Assembly: GCA_965243205.1 (NCBI GenBank)
Contig: CBDEUK010000002.1
Coordinates: 960,001 to 1,024,000, forward strand
Reading direction: 5' to 3'
Length of the DNA stretch: 64,000 nt
Origin: Gammaproteobacteria bacterium
Lineage (GTDB): Bacteria; Pseudomonadota; Gammaproteobacteria; Eutrophobiales; Eutrophobiaceae
Shown here: piece after piece, positions 9,992-18,469 of the stretch
How positions within the stretch are numbered: the first letter of the stretch is position 1
Layout: the number at the start of each line of letters is the position of its first letter
Notes under the pieces: model-generated
Told to the model about the DNA's origin: nothing
The model's database searches: none
Seen by the model: only the letters and a program-made list of their open reading frames with translations
Position numbers and translations under genes: made by a program

Positions 9992-10588
9992 TTAACCAGA
10001 AGTAGCTACCCTTAGGATGTAACTAATGCCTTCATCAAATAATTTTTTGATTCTAGTTGTATATTCTTTATTTTCAGATGGAAAATTTAAGAATTTCAAA
10101 TCTGAATAAACAAATTCACCCGTATAATCAAAAGCTTTACCATTGACTGTGCCTGTTAATTTTAAGCGAAAAAAATCTCCTGCTGCTAAACCAGGAATTC
10201 GATAGGTAACTGGGCCACTTGAAACAGATGCAACTGCCGCAGCAGTCGCGATAGCAGCAGCTTGTTTTGCACTATCATCACAATACTCAACGGTTTCGTA
10301 TGTATTTATTTTAATTTCGAATGTCTGATTGGATTCAGAATCACTCGCTATTCTATTTTTTAAATAACTTAATTTTGTTGGCGCAATAAAATCATCTCCA
10401 TACCATCTAGAGCAGGTCGGAAATTCGCCAAAATAAGTGGTTTTCGATTCTTCAGCCCTATTATCAATAATACTAATATTATTTATATCAGCTCCTAACT
10501 CCCCTTTATCCATAAGTGTTACTTTTTGTGAATAAGCACAAGCACTGATAAAAGAAATTAATACTATTAAGGTAAAAATATTCTTCAT
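9992..10588 (-). CDS. Hypothetical lipoprotein
   Basis: Lipobox ISAC after hydrophobic stretch; SD GGAGG before ATG 10588. Confidence 0.7.
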   Translation of the reverse strand: MKNIFTLIVLISFISACAYSQKVTLMDKGELGADINNISIIDNRAEESKTTYFGEFPTCSRWYGDDFIAPTKLSYLKNRIASDSESNQTFEIKINTYETVEYCDDSAKQAAAIATAAAVASVSSGPVTYRIPGLAAGDFFRLKLTGTVNGKAFDYTGEFVYSDLKFLNFPSENKEYTTRIKKLFDEGISYILRVATSG

Positions 10589-10634
10589 TTGGCCCTCCAA
10601 TTTAATTTTTTAAATTGTAATTATTTTATCCTTT

Positions 10635-10659
10635 TAAAAAGGCTTTGACTCCTTTAATT
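10635..10659 (+). repeat. Degenerate 25-nt REP-like boundary motif
   Basis: taaaaaggctttgactcctttaatt. Confidence 0.55.
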
Positions 10660-10760
10660 TTAGTTCTAACAGGTTGATCTAAATATTAATATATGGAAAC
10701 ATATTAATGTTGATAAGTTGTATTTATAAATAATTAACTCTCAAAAGAAGGGATTTTCTC

Positions 10761-11324
10761 ATGCTAATTAAATCTTTAATTATATCCTCAGCTATTTTTG
10801 TTTCATTATCCGTCTCTGCCGAATCAGTTTACTTAGACATAGATACACCTACCTCTGGTAGTGAATTAGATACATCTCCGCTTATAACAAGTTTGGGTAC
10901 TATAAGCTTTATTGGAGTCATTAGTGATTTTACTGATCCTGATTTAACTGCTGTCGGAGCGGCAGGTAATCTTTTAAACATTAATGGGAGTACAGATGAC
11001 TCAGCAACCTTAAGTTTTAGTTTCGATGTTGATTCAGTATCCTTCATTTTCGGTGGGAACGGTGGAGCATTTGATATTGTTGCACGTGATGCACTCGGGA
11101 ACACTATCGATTCTTACTTTGGCTCAACTGATAATGGTGATTTTGCCGGACCTCTGACACTTTCAGGTGGAGGTATAAGAAGCTTGTTTTGGCAAGATCC
11201 AGGCTGGAATTTTGCTGGGATAGATAACATTACTATTTCCACCTCTCCAGTACCAGTGCCTGCAGCAGTATGGTTATTGGGCTCTGCTCTTTTAGGTTTA
11301 TCAGGTTTAAAACGGAAGAAATAA
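10761..11324 (+). CDS. VPLPA-CTERM (PEP-CTERM class) sorted surface protein
   Basis: Signal peptide; tail PVPVPAAVWLLGSALLGLSGLKRKK. Confidence 0.9.
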   Translation: MLIKSLIISSAIFVSLSVSAESVYLDIDTPTSGSELDTSPLITSLGTISFIGVISDFTDPDLTAVGAAGNLLNINGSTDDSATLSFSFDVDSVSFIFGGNGGAFDIVARDALGNTIDSYFGSTDNGDFAGPLTLSGGGIRSLFWQDPGWNFAGIDNITISTSPVPVPAAVWLLGSALLGLSGLKRKK

Positions 11325-11349
11325 AACAATATCTCATCAAATTTATCAT

Positions 11350-11370
11350 GGCTCCTGCAAAGGAGCCTTT
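11350..11370 (+). terminator. Probable intrinsic terminator
   Basis: ggctcct-gcaa-aggagcc followed by T-rich tail. Confidence 0.65.
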
Positions 11371-11410
11371 ATTAATTTAATCAAATACCTACTAGTAATA
11401 GCGAAACATA

Positions 11411-11435
11411 TAAAAATGTTCTGACCTCTATAATT
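11411..11435 (+). repeat. Degenerate 25-nt REP-like boundary motif
   Basis: taaaaatgttctgacctctataatt. Confidence 0.55.
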
Positions 11436-11441
11436 ATTTTT

Positions 11442-11606
11442 CTAACTCAATAAACGATTCATTTCCTTAGCCAACTCTTCGAGTTCAGCCGCATACATTT
11501 GCAAAATAAGTGCGCCCACCAATCCAGGGAAGTTCTCCTTCATTTCCCATGAAATAACATCCAACCGTTCTGAAATTTCAAAAAGCATGAGTTTTTTCTC
11601 GTTCAT
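11442..11606 (-). CDS. 54-aa hypothetical protein missing from the ORF track
   Basis: MNEKKLMLFEISERLDVISWEMKENFPGLVGALILQMYAAELEELAKEMNRLLS; SD AAGGA; divergent from the XRE gene. Confidence 0.6.
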   Translation of the reverse strand: MNEKKLMLFEISERLDVISWEMKENFPGLVGALILQMYAAELEELAKEMNRLLS

Positions 11607-11642
11607 TTAGGTAAATCCTTTTTCCACAATGCAAAAAACTAT

Positions 11643-11696
11643 TTATGTTCACATGTGAACATAAGAATAACACATGATTGTTCACTTATGAACAAT
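11643..11696. promoter_or_regulatory. Two operators TGTTCA-N4-TGAACA
   Basis: Perfect 22-bp palindrome at 11643-11664 and second palindrome at 11677-11696 between divergent genes. Confidence 0.7.
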
Positions 11697-11713
11697 TAAG
11701 TGGGATTATTTTT

Positions 11714-11911
11714 ATGGATCTATCTACTCGACTTTCGGAGAATCTTAAAAAGAGAAGAGGAAAAATGACGCAAGAGGAATTTGCCAAAAAACTTAAAATT
11801 AGTAGAGCAACTTTAACTAGGTTAGAAAACCGATCGCAAAACGTAACTCTCAGTACATTAGAACAAATAATAAAATCACTAAAGTGTGATATTGCTGATA
11901 TTTTTAATTAA
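11714..11911 (+). CDS. Small XRE-family HTH regulator
   Basis: LKKRRGKMTQEEFAKKLKISRATLTRLENRSQNVTLSTLEQI; ATG 11714 preferred over upstream TTG. Confidence 0.88.
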   Translation: MDLSTRLSENLKKRRGKMTQEEFAKKLKISRATLTRLENRSQNVTLSTLEQIIKSLKCDIADIFN

Positions 11912-11917
11912 TTAAAT

Positions 11918-11968
11918 TTTTACTCTGACCCCAAATATTCAATATAAAAGACGCCGCTCTCTTTAATT
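11918..11968 (+). repeat. Two adjacent REP-like motifs
   Basis: tactctgaccccaaatatt followed by ataaaagacgccgctctctttaatt, between two convergent stop codons. Confidence 0.55.
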
Positions 11969-12328
11969 TTAAAATTTACCATTGATTAAAACTATAGGTA
12001 TTCCAATTATTATTGTTACTAAAAAAGTATAAAAAAAGAAAAAAAATATGTTTCTATAAATATTGCTTATTAGTATGAAATTTTTATTGTGAGTTTCTAT
12101 ATAGTTTTTATGCCATATAAATTTCAATACATGTCCATTATTATCATCTTGAAAAAAAAAGAGTGGCAGTTTGAACACAATATTTTTATGTGGTGAGGAT
12201 GACAATAAATATCTTCCTAATAAAACATAGAGAGTATTCAATATAAAAATATATAGAGACATTACAAACATTGAAGAAAGTACAATAATACTTAATACAA
12301 TAATTATGATATCTGCTATTTCAGACAT
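11969..12328 (-). CDS. Small AT-rich membrane hypothetical protein
   Basis: Two hydrophobic segments; flanked on both sides by repeat motifs. Confidence 0.55.
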   Translation of the reverse strand: MSEIADIIIIVLSIIVLSSMFVMSLYIFILNTLYVLLGRYLLSSSPHKNIVFKLPLFFFQDDNNGHVLKFIWHKNYIETHNKNFILISNIYRNIFFFFFYTFLVTIIIGIPIVLINGKF

Positions 12329-12370
12329 TTATTTTTCTAAATTTTCCAAAGAATTTTATTAAAAAAAACA

Positions 12371-12420
12371 TTAAAGGGGTCTGCCTCCTTTAATTGATTA
12401 TTACTCTGACACCAATTAAT
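12371..12420 (+). repeat. Two adjacent REP-like motifs
   Basis: ttaaaggggtctgcctcctttaatt (arms palindromic) and ttactctgacaccaattaat abutting the stop at 12421. Confidence 0.6.
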
Positions 12421-14718
12421 CTAATTTAAACCAAGCTCTTGTTTCTTTCTATTAAAGTAAAAAATATCAGCTGTTCTGTTTTCTGTTGCAGATAATTCGA
12501 GTGCTTTATCTATATATTGGTTTATAAATTCTTTTGATACCTTTTCGTTATCTGCTTCATATAATTCAATTAATGAAATTACAAGCGGTTTTAAATATGG
12601 AGATGGAAAAGTATAACTAGGCTCAATTTGAATAGTTTTCAAAAAATACCTAGCTCCTTCTAATTTATCGCCGTACTGTGTTTCGAATAAACCCAAATTT
12701 GCCCAATATGTAGAAATCTCAGGACTAATTTCAGCTGCTCTCTTAGCGGAATTTATCATTAAGTCAATATCAGGATCTTGCATATCCCAACAAACTAGAG
12801 AAATTTGATTTTCAATAGCAGAAGAAAATATACCTCGTTCTTTCATATCATAATAATCTTTAATTGCTCTATGATATTCACCAGCATTTCTGTATTGATA
12901 AATTAATCCTCTAGCTACATCAAATGAAAAATCTACATAATTAGATTTTATATATTTTGCATATACAGCTGAATAATTTGAAAAATCTAGGGCCCATTTA
13001 TTATCAATACTGATGTTAAGCCCTTGCTCTTCTGTAAAAAATGATTTGTATGAACCAATTGCTATTTCAGCTTTATTATTCATTGCTGATTTCACATTGT
13101 TTATAATTTCTTTAATCTGTTTGTTAAAAATAAGTATGTTATTTCTTCCTTTTATCAAACAACAGAATTCTGTTTCAGAATTTTTTGCTATATATCCCGT
13201 ATCTGATATTTGTTTTTTCAACTCTTCATACAAAATAGCTAAACATCTATTAATTTCTGAAAGGCCAAGTTTCTGTTTCAAATCAACTTCATTCAAAATG
13301 AAAAAAACATAAGATGCTATTTCTATTTTATTGTTTTCACTTTCCTCTAATATCTTCTGTTTTGATGTAATATCTTCATCATGAAAAAACTGATCATGTT
13401 CAAAAAGATGAGTAATAGATCCTAAAGGAACTGCTTCAATTTCATACCCTTCTTTAAATGTATGTTTTTTTCTGTTTTCTGAAATTTTACAAAAAGAAAT
13501 TTCTGGCTGGACATCAGTGGCAATAATAGTTCCCAAAGGAATCTTTGGGCACATACCTAGAGATCTAATGGTGCGGCCATCATCAATCATATATCTCGAA
13601 TTTCCAGTATATTGGGGATGAAATACTAAGAACTCCTGTCCCTTCAGTACACCTACTTCACCACCAATATCAATAACCACAGTATCAACATCGTAATTAT
13701 GTTCAATAATTTTTCCGTAACTGTGCAGAATTTCATCGAAATCTCTAACAGTATTTCTTCCACCATTTTTAGCACAGTATAATGCTTTATCAGCTTTTTC
13801 TCGTATAGTCCTGACTGGATCTGAGACAGCTATATTTTTTGTACCTGAACCAATTACAAATCCAATACTAACTGTAATTCTTCGCTCAAGTATTGGTGGC
13901 AAAGGTTTAATCTCTACATCACTTTGTTTCTGATTTAACTCGCTTATATCGTTCTCAGATGGAAGCTCCCTACTCCCAATTTCTTCACGTAAAGCTTCTG
14001 CTAATTTTATACAAGAAGTCTTTTCGAAATTACCTAAACCAAAAACAATGAATTCTTCGCCTCCTGGCCTAGAAAAATAAATATCATCAAAATCTTTATA
14101 TTCTTCTTTATAACTATTTATAAACTTTTCAATCCTTCGAGCAAGGCATTTTAAAACAATATCACCATAAACATGTCCATAATTATCATTAACTTGTTTA
14201 AAATGATCTATATCCATCGCTATACAAAAATATTTTTTTGTTCTTACCCCAGCACTTTCAGAACTTTCAGATTGGTCTTTATCATCATCTGAATTTTTCA
14301 ATTCTTCAATAAGTCCTTTAAATATTGAATTTAAAGATTGAACATTTAACAATCCTGTTAAATGATCATGAGTAGCATCAAAACTCTTTTGAGCTCTTTC
14401 AGAACAAAGGTTAATATATTCCTGAAACTTATCTCTGGTTTTTTTAAGAGTATTTTTTTCAAATTTTGCAGCTATAACAGCTTTAAATTCGTTTACTGGA
14501 AAGTATGAAATTGGGTCGTTAGTTGCTCTCCAGTGATTATTGCCTTCTAATATCCTAGATAATCTTTTAGTGGTAAAATTATTATCCAGTTCTTCTTTAT
14601 TTTCTTTATACCACTTATTATCAAAATGCCTATAAACTGATATTGATTCAGACATATCTGATAAATTTTTATCTTTTGCTATTTCTTCTAAAAAAATATT
14701 AAATCTAGTTAATTGCAT
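12421..14718 (-). CDS. GGDEF diguanylate cyclase with extra central domains and C-terminal TPR
   Basis: DHLTGLLN, DIDHFKQVNDNYGH, GGEEF, ADKALYCAKNGGRN; start moved to ATG 14718 because upstream codons overlap a terminator. Confidence 0.85.
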   Translation of the reverse strand: MQLTRFNIFLEEIAKDKNLSDMSESISVYRHFDNKWYKENKEELDNNFTTKRLSRILEGNNHWRATNDPISYFPVNEFKAVIAAKFEKNTLKKTRDKFQEYINLCSERAQKSFDATHDHLTGLLNVQSLNSIFKGLIEELKNSDDDKDQSESSESAGVRTKKYFCIAMDIDHFKQVNDNYGHVYGDIVLKCLARRIEKFINSYKEEYKDFDDIYFSRPGGEEFIVFGLGNFEKTSCIKLAEALREEIGSRELPSENDISELNQKQSDVEIKPLPPILERRITVSIGFVIGSGTKNIAVSDPVRTIREKADKALYCAKNGGRNTVRDFDEILHSYGKIIEHNYDVDTVVIDIGGEVGVLKGQEFLVFHPQYTGNSRYMIDDGRTIRSLGMCPKIPLGTIIATDVQPEISFCKISENRKKHTFKEGYEIEAVPLGSITHLFEHDQFFHDEDITSKQKILEESENNKIEIASYVFFILNEVDLKQKLGLSEINRCLAILYEELKKQISDTGYIAKNSETEFCCLIKGRNNILIFNKQIKEIINNVKSAMNNKAEIAIGSYKSFFTEEQGLNISIDNKWALDFSNYSAVYAKYIKSNYVDFSFDVARGLIYQYRNAGEYHRAIKDYYDMKERGIFSSAIENQISLVCWDMQDPDIDLMINSAKRAAEISPEISTYWANLGLFETQYGDKLEGARYFLKTIQIEPSYTFPSPYLKPLVISLIELYEADNEKVSKEFINQYIDKALELSATENRTADIFYFNRKKQELGLN

Positions 14719-14738
14719 TTTTTCTATTAAAATTATAT

Positions 14739-14776
14739 AAAAAAACCCCAACACCTTTCGGAGTTGAGGTTTTTTT
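14739..14776 (-). terminator. Intrinsic terminator of the molybdopterin oxidoreductase gene
   Basis: Minus strand aaaacctcaac-tccgaaaggt-gttggggttttttt. Confidence 0.75.
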
Positions 14777-14822
14777 GTTTAAGTGTCTCATCCATGATTT
14801 GTTTGGTTATCCCTTCCCTTTG

Positions 14823-16943
14823 TTAAGCTTGCTCAACTTGAACTAAGTTATCAAAGAACGTGGGAGCATTCCCCATGTCGCAGAATTCACCTGAGCTGGT
14901 GATGTTCACCGTTCCTTTATTTAACTGCCTCCAATAACCTAAAGTAGCAACGACCACACCTTGGTTAACATCGTCCGTTACTTTGGCAACGCCTTCGAAG
15001 GAACCACGGTCGTTAAACACTTTTACGTTATCACCTTCTTTGACACCACGTGAGCTGGCGTCGCTTGCATTGATTAATACAAACTGTTCGCCTTGTGCAT
15101 CTTGTTGGTTTTCCATGTTGGCGTAACACGAGTTTAAGAACGCATGGCTTTTTGGTGTGACGATGTTTAATGGATACTTCGCCGCTAAGTCTGGGTTGGT
15201 TTCTGGACGTTCGTACGGTGGTAAGTAGTCTGGTAGTTCAGGGATATCCTGTCCAGGTTGCATGCCTTCGTACATTTGTCGGAATGGCCCAGCGACAAAG
15301 TTTTTCGCACCTTCAACTTTGAAATGACATTTACCCGTTGGAGTTGGGAAGTTGCCTTCCATATGTGGACGACGGTCATCCTTAGTACCGACGTTTAAAC
15401 GTTCGAAGCCTTTTTCTTTTAAAGAATCGAAACTGATGCCATCACAGGCTGGTGCATCCCAATCCACAAAGTTTTCCAGGCATTCGGTGTCTGACCATTT
15501 TAAGCGGTCTTCATCGTAGCCCATTTTTTCCGCTAAGCGACGGAAGATTTCATTGTTCGGAATCGCTTCTCCTGGTGATTCAATGCACTTCGCGTTGTAG
15601 GTTAAGTACATGTGACCCCAAGAAAGAATGATGTCTTCCATCTCGGCTCCCATTGATGCAGGTAATACGATGTCTGCATAGGATGCGGTATCCGAAATGA
15701 AGTGGTCGGCTGCAACGTGGAATAAATCTTCACGTTCTAGGCCTTGTACTAGTTTATCCGCCTCAGGTGATTGGGTGACTGGGTTAGTGTTCCAAGTCAT
15801 GACTGATTTGATCGGTACGTTTAAGTCCTGCTCGCCTGTTAAGGCACGACCTAATTGCAGAATGTTCACCACTTGCGTGCCTTCTGGGATCCAATCTGGT
15901 CGGCAAATCACATCAAACTTATACGGGTGTTCCCATACTGGGAATTGGGTAATACCACCACCCACATGACGCCATGCGCCTGTTAATGCAGGAATGCTGG
16001 TAACCGCACGAATGGTTTGACCACCGCCGTAGTGACGTTCCAAACCCACGCCCATACGAATCGCCGCTGGTTGTTCAGTCGCTAATTCTTTCGCCAGTTT
16101 GCGGATATCTGCGGCTGGAATGCCCGTGATTTCTTCTGCCCATTCTGGGGTGTGTTTTTGCGAGTGGGCTTTTAAGTCTTCAAAGCCTTCAGTGTAGTTA
16201 TCAACGTAGTCTTGATCGACCAGGCCTTGTTCGATGATGCTGTTAATCACCGCCATTGCCAATGCACCATCGGTTGATGGTTTTGGCGCGATGTGCCAAT
16301 CCGCTTCTTTCGCGGTTTTAGATTTATAAGCATCGATAACCACCACTTTGGCGCCTTTCTTTTGCGCTTCTTTCACAATGTGCCAGTGGTGTAAGTTGGT
16401 GCTGACCGAGTTACACGCCCAAATCACAATGTATTTAGAGTGGATGTAACTTTCAGGATCGACACCTGCGGTTGGGCCGATGGTGAGTAACCATGCAGTA
16501 CAAGAACCTTCACCACAGTAAGTACGTTCGCATACAGTCGCACCCATTTTATTGAAAAAGGCATCACCGCCGTTTAAACCATGCACCAAACCTTGGTGGC
16601 CTAAGTAGCTCACAGGCAGAATGGATTGCGGACCGAATTCATCGATTAAGGCTTTCCATTTATCGGTAATGGTATCGAGTGCTTCGTCCCAAGAAATTTG
16701 TTCGAATTGCTTTGAGCCTTTCGGGCCAACGCGTTTCATTGGGTGCAGGATGCGGTCTGGGTGATAGTGGCGGAGTTCGTAATCTTTCAATTTGACGCAA
16801 AGACCGCCGCGCGTCATAGGGTGATCTTTGTTGCCTTTGACCCCGGTTAATTTACCGTCTTCAACTTCGAATACCATTGAACAGGTATCAGGACAATCGT
16901 GTGGACAACCACCGTGGTGGGTTTCTTTCATTACTGCGGACAT
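14823..16943 (-). CDS. Molybdopterin-dependent oxidoreductase (DMSO reductase superfamily, BisC/YoaE-like)
   Basis: CPHDCPDTC..C [4Fe-4S] motif, HPDRILHPMKR, ISWDEA, ADIVLP, C-terminal Mo-bis-PGD binding domain; no Tat signal. Confidence 0.9.
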   Translation of the reverse strand: MSAVMKETHHGGCPHDCPDTCSMVFEVEDGKLTGVKGNKDHPMTRGGLCVKLKDYELRHYHPDRILHPMKRVGPKGSKQFEQISWDEALDTITDKWKALIDEFGPQSILPVSYLGHQGLVHGLNGGDAFFNKMGATVCERTYCGEGSCTAWLLTIGPTAGVDPESYIHSKYIVIWACNSVSTNLHHWHIVKEAQKKGAKVVVIDAYKSKTAKEADWHIAPKPSTDGALAMAVINSIIEQGLVDQDYVDNYTEGFEDLKAHSQKHTPEWAEEITGIPAADIRKLAKELATEQPAAIRMGVGLERHYGGGQTIRAVTSIPALTGAWRHVGGGITQFPVWEHPYKFDVICRPDWIPEGTQVVNILQLGRALTGEQDLNVPIKSVMTWNTNPVTQSPEADKLVQGLEREDLFHVAADHFISDTASYADIVLPASMGAEMEDIILSWGHMYLTYNAKCIESPGEAIPNNEIFRRLAEKMGYDEDRLKWSDTECLENFVDWDAPACDGISFDSLKEKGFERLNVGTKDDRRPHMEGNFPTPTGKCHFKVEGAKNFVAGPFRQMYEGMQPGQDIPELPDYLPPYERPETNPDLAAKYPLNIVTPKSHAFLNSCYANMENQQDAQGEQFVLINASDASSRGVKEGDNVKVFNDRGSFEGVAKVTDDVNQGVVVATLGYWRQLNKGTVNITSSGEFCDMGNAPTFFDNLVQVEQA

Positions 16944-17202
16944 GGTTCTTCTCCTCTGCCACCTGAGAACTCACTGCATTGGCATTACTTTTCTAAAAAC
17001 CCTGCTCGTGTCGGTCGTTTACTTATATGTAAACTCCCTCCCCTCTCAGACCTTTTATCTCGTACTGCCTGCTTCGTATACGTTCTCAGTAATTACAATT
17101 CAACGATATTATTTTTGTAGGGACATTTTAGGCTGATCCCACAGACATTGCTATGGGAATCGGTCATTCTAAATTACGATATGTTAAGGGTTAGAAAGGT
17201 AC

Positions 17203-17388
17203 TTAGGAATATAGCCCGCAGCATTTTTTATATTTACGGCCGCTATCACATGGGCAAGGGTCATTGCGACCGACTTTAGGTGTTGCACGTACGATGGGGC
17301 TTGGCGGGGCACAGCAACTTTCATCGTTACAACAAGGTTCTTGGCTTTCAATCGGTTCCTTGCTTGATGATTTATTTTCTTCGATCAT
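17203..17388 (-). CDS. Small SEC-C motif metal-binding protein
   Basis: [21 protein letters not shown]; ATGA overlap with the tal stop. Confidence 0.85.
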   Translation of the reverse strand: MIEENKSSSKEPIESQEPCCNDESCCAPPSPIVRATPKVGRNDPCPCDSGRKYKKCCGLYS

Positions 17389-18386
17389 ACTGATTCTTCA
17401 GTTTCGATTTCTAAAACTTGATTATGGTTTTGATTCTCAGCAAGAGAAGAAATGAGTGTCTCAAGTTTATCCTGGTCTTTGGCAAAATTACGGATGCCTT
17501 CAGCCAGTTTTTCTGTCGCCATGGCGTCGCTGTTCATGGCCCAGCGGAAGTCTTTTTCCGTTAATGAAATTTTTTCTTCTTCATCTATGGATACACCTAA
17601 ACTTGGTGGTAATGCACCTTTATCGTTTTCTAGCTCTTCGAGTAAAGCTGGGCTAATCGTTAAACGATCGCAACCCGCTAAGGCTTCGATTTCACCTGTG
17701 TTACGAAAGCTCGCACCCATCACGACTGTGTTATAGCCATGTGTTTTATAGTAATTGTAAATTCGTGTGACTGACATCACGCCTGGATCTTCTAATGGTT
17801 CATATTCGGTTTTGCCTGTAGCGGCTTTGTACCAATCTAAGATGCGACCAACGAATGGCGAAATTAAAAACACACCCGCTTCAGCACAGGCCACAGCTTG
17901 GGCAAAGCTGAAAAGTAACGTGAGATTACAATTGATGTTTTCTTTTTCTAGTACTTCAGCGGCTTTAATGCCTTCCCAAGTTGAAGCGATTTTGATCAGT
18001 ACACGATCTCGTTGAATGCCCTCTGCCTCATACATTGCAATCAGTTCACGCGCTTTTTCGATTGTAGCGTTGGTATCAAAGGAAAGTTTGGCACTGACTT
18101 CAGTAGAAACTCTGCCCGGTATGATGGATAAGATTTCTTTACCGATCATCACAGCAAAACGGTCACCCGCTTTTTCTTGAACCTGCTCTGGTGATGAACT
18201 GTTGTGTTTTGCCCAATCAATCGCTGATTCCAACACTGCTTTGTAATGCGGTAATTCAGCCGCTTTTAATAACAGCGACGGATTGGTGGTGGCATCTAAT
18301 GGGGAATATTTTTTTATCGCTTCGATGTCACCAGTGTCCGCAACTACATCGGTCATTGTTTTGAGTTGTTCCAGCTTGTTTGACAT
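17385..18386 (-). CDS. tal: Transaldolase
   Basis: [36 protein letters not shown]. Confidence 0.97.
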   Translation of the reverse strand: MSNKLEQLKTMTDVVADTGDIEAIKKYSPLDATTNPSLLLKAAELPHYKAVLESAIDWAKHNSSSPEQVQEKAGDRFAVMIGKEILSIIPGRVSTEVSAKLSFDTNATIEKARELIAMYEAEGIQRDRVLIKIASTWEGIKAAEVLEKENINCNLTLLFSFAQAVACAEAGVFLISPFVGRILDWYKAATGKTEYEPLEDPGVMSVTRIYNYYKTHGYNTVVMGASFRNTGEIEALAGCDRLTISPALLEELENDKGALPPSLGVSIDEEEKISLTEKDFRWAMNSDAMATEKLAEGIRNFAKDQDKLETLISSLAENQNHNQVLEIETEESV

Positions 18387-18469
18387 GACTGAGCCTACAT
18401 AAATTCAAAGCGCGTTATTATGTAGGATCCAGTTTGCAAATCAATGCTTTTAGAGTGACGGTTTTAACA

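Noticed and set aside
7401-12420. Classical integron or CRISPR array
   Set aside because: No intI, no clear RYYYAAC..GTTRRRY attC structure, no regularly spaced repeats and no cas genes
16944-17200. Moco/Tuco riboswitch upstream of the molybdoenzyme
   Set aside because: No match to the recalled consensus; kept only as a weak structured-leader note
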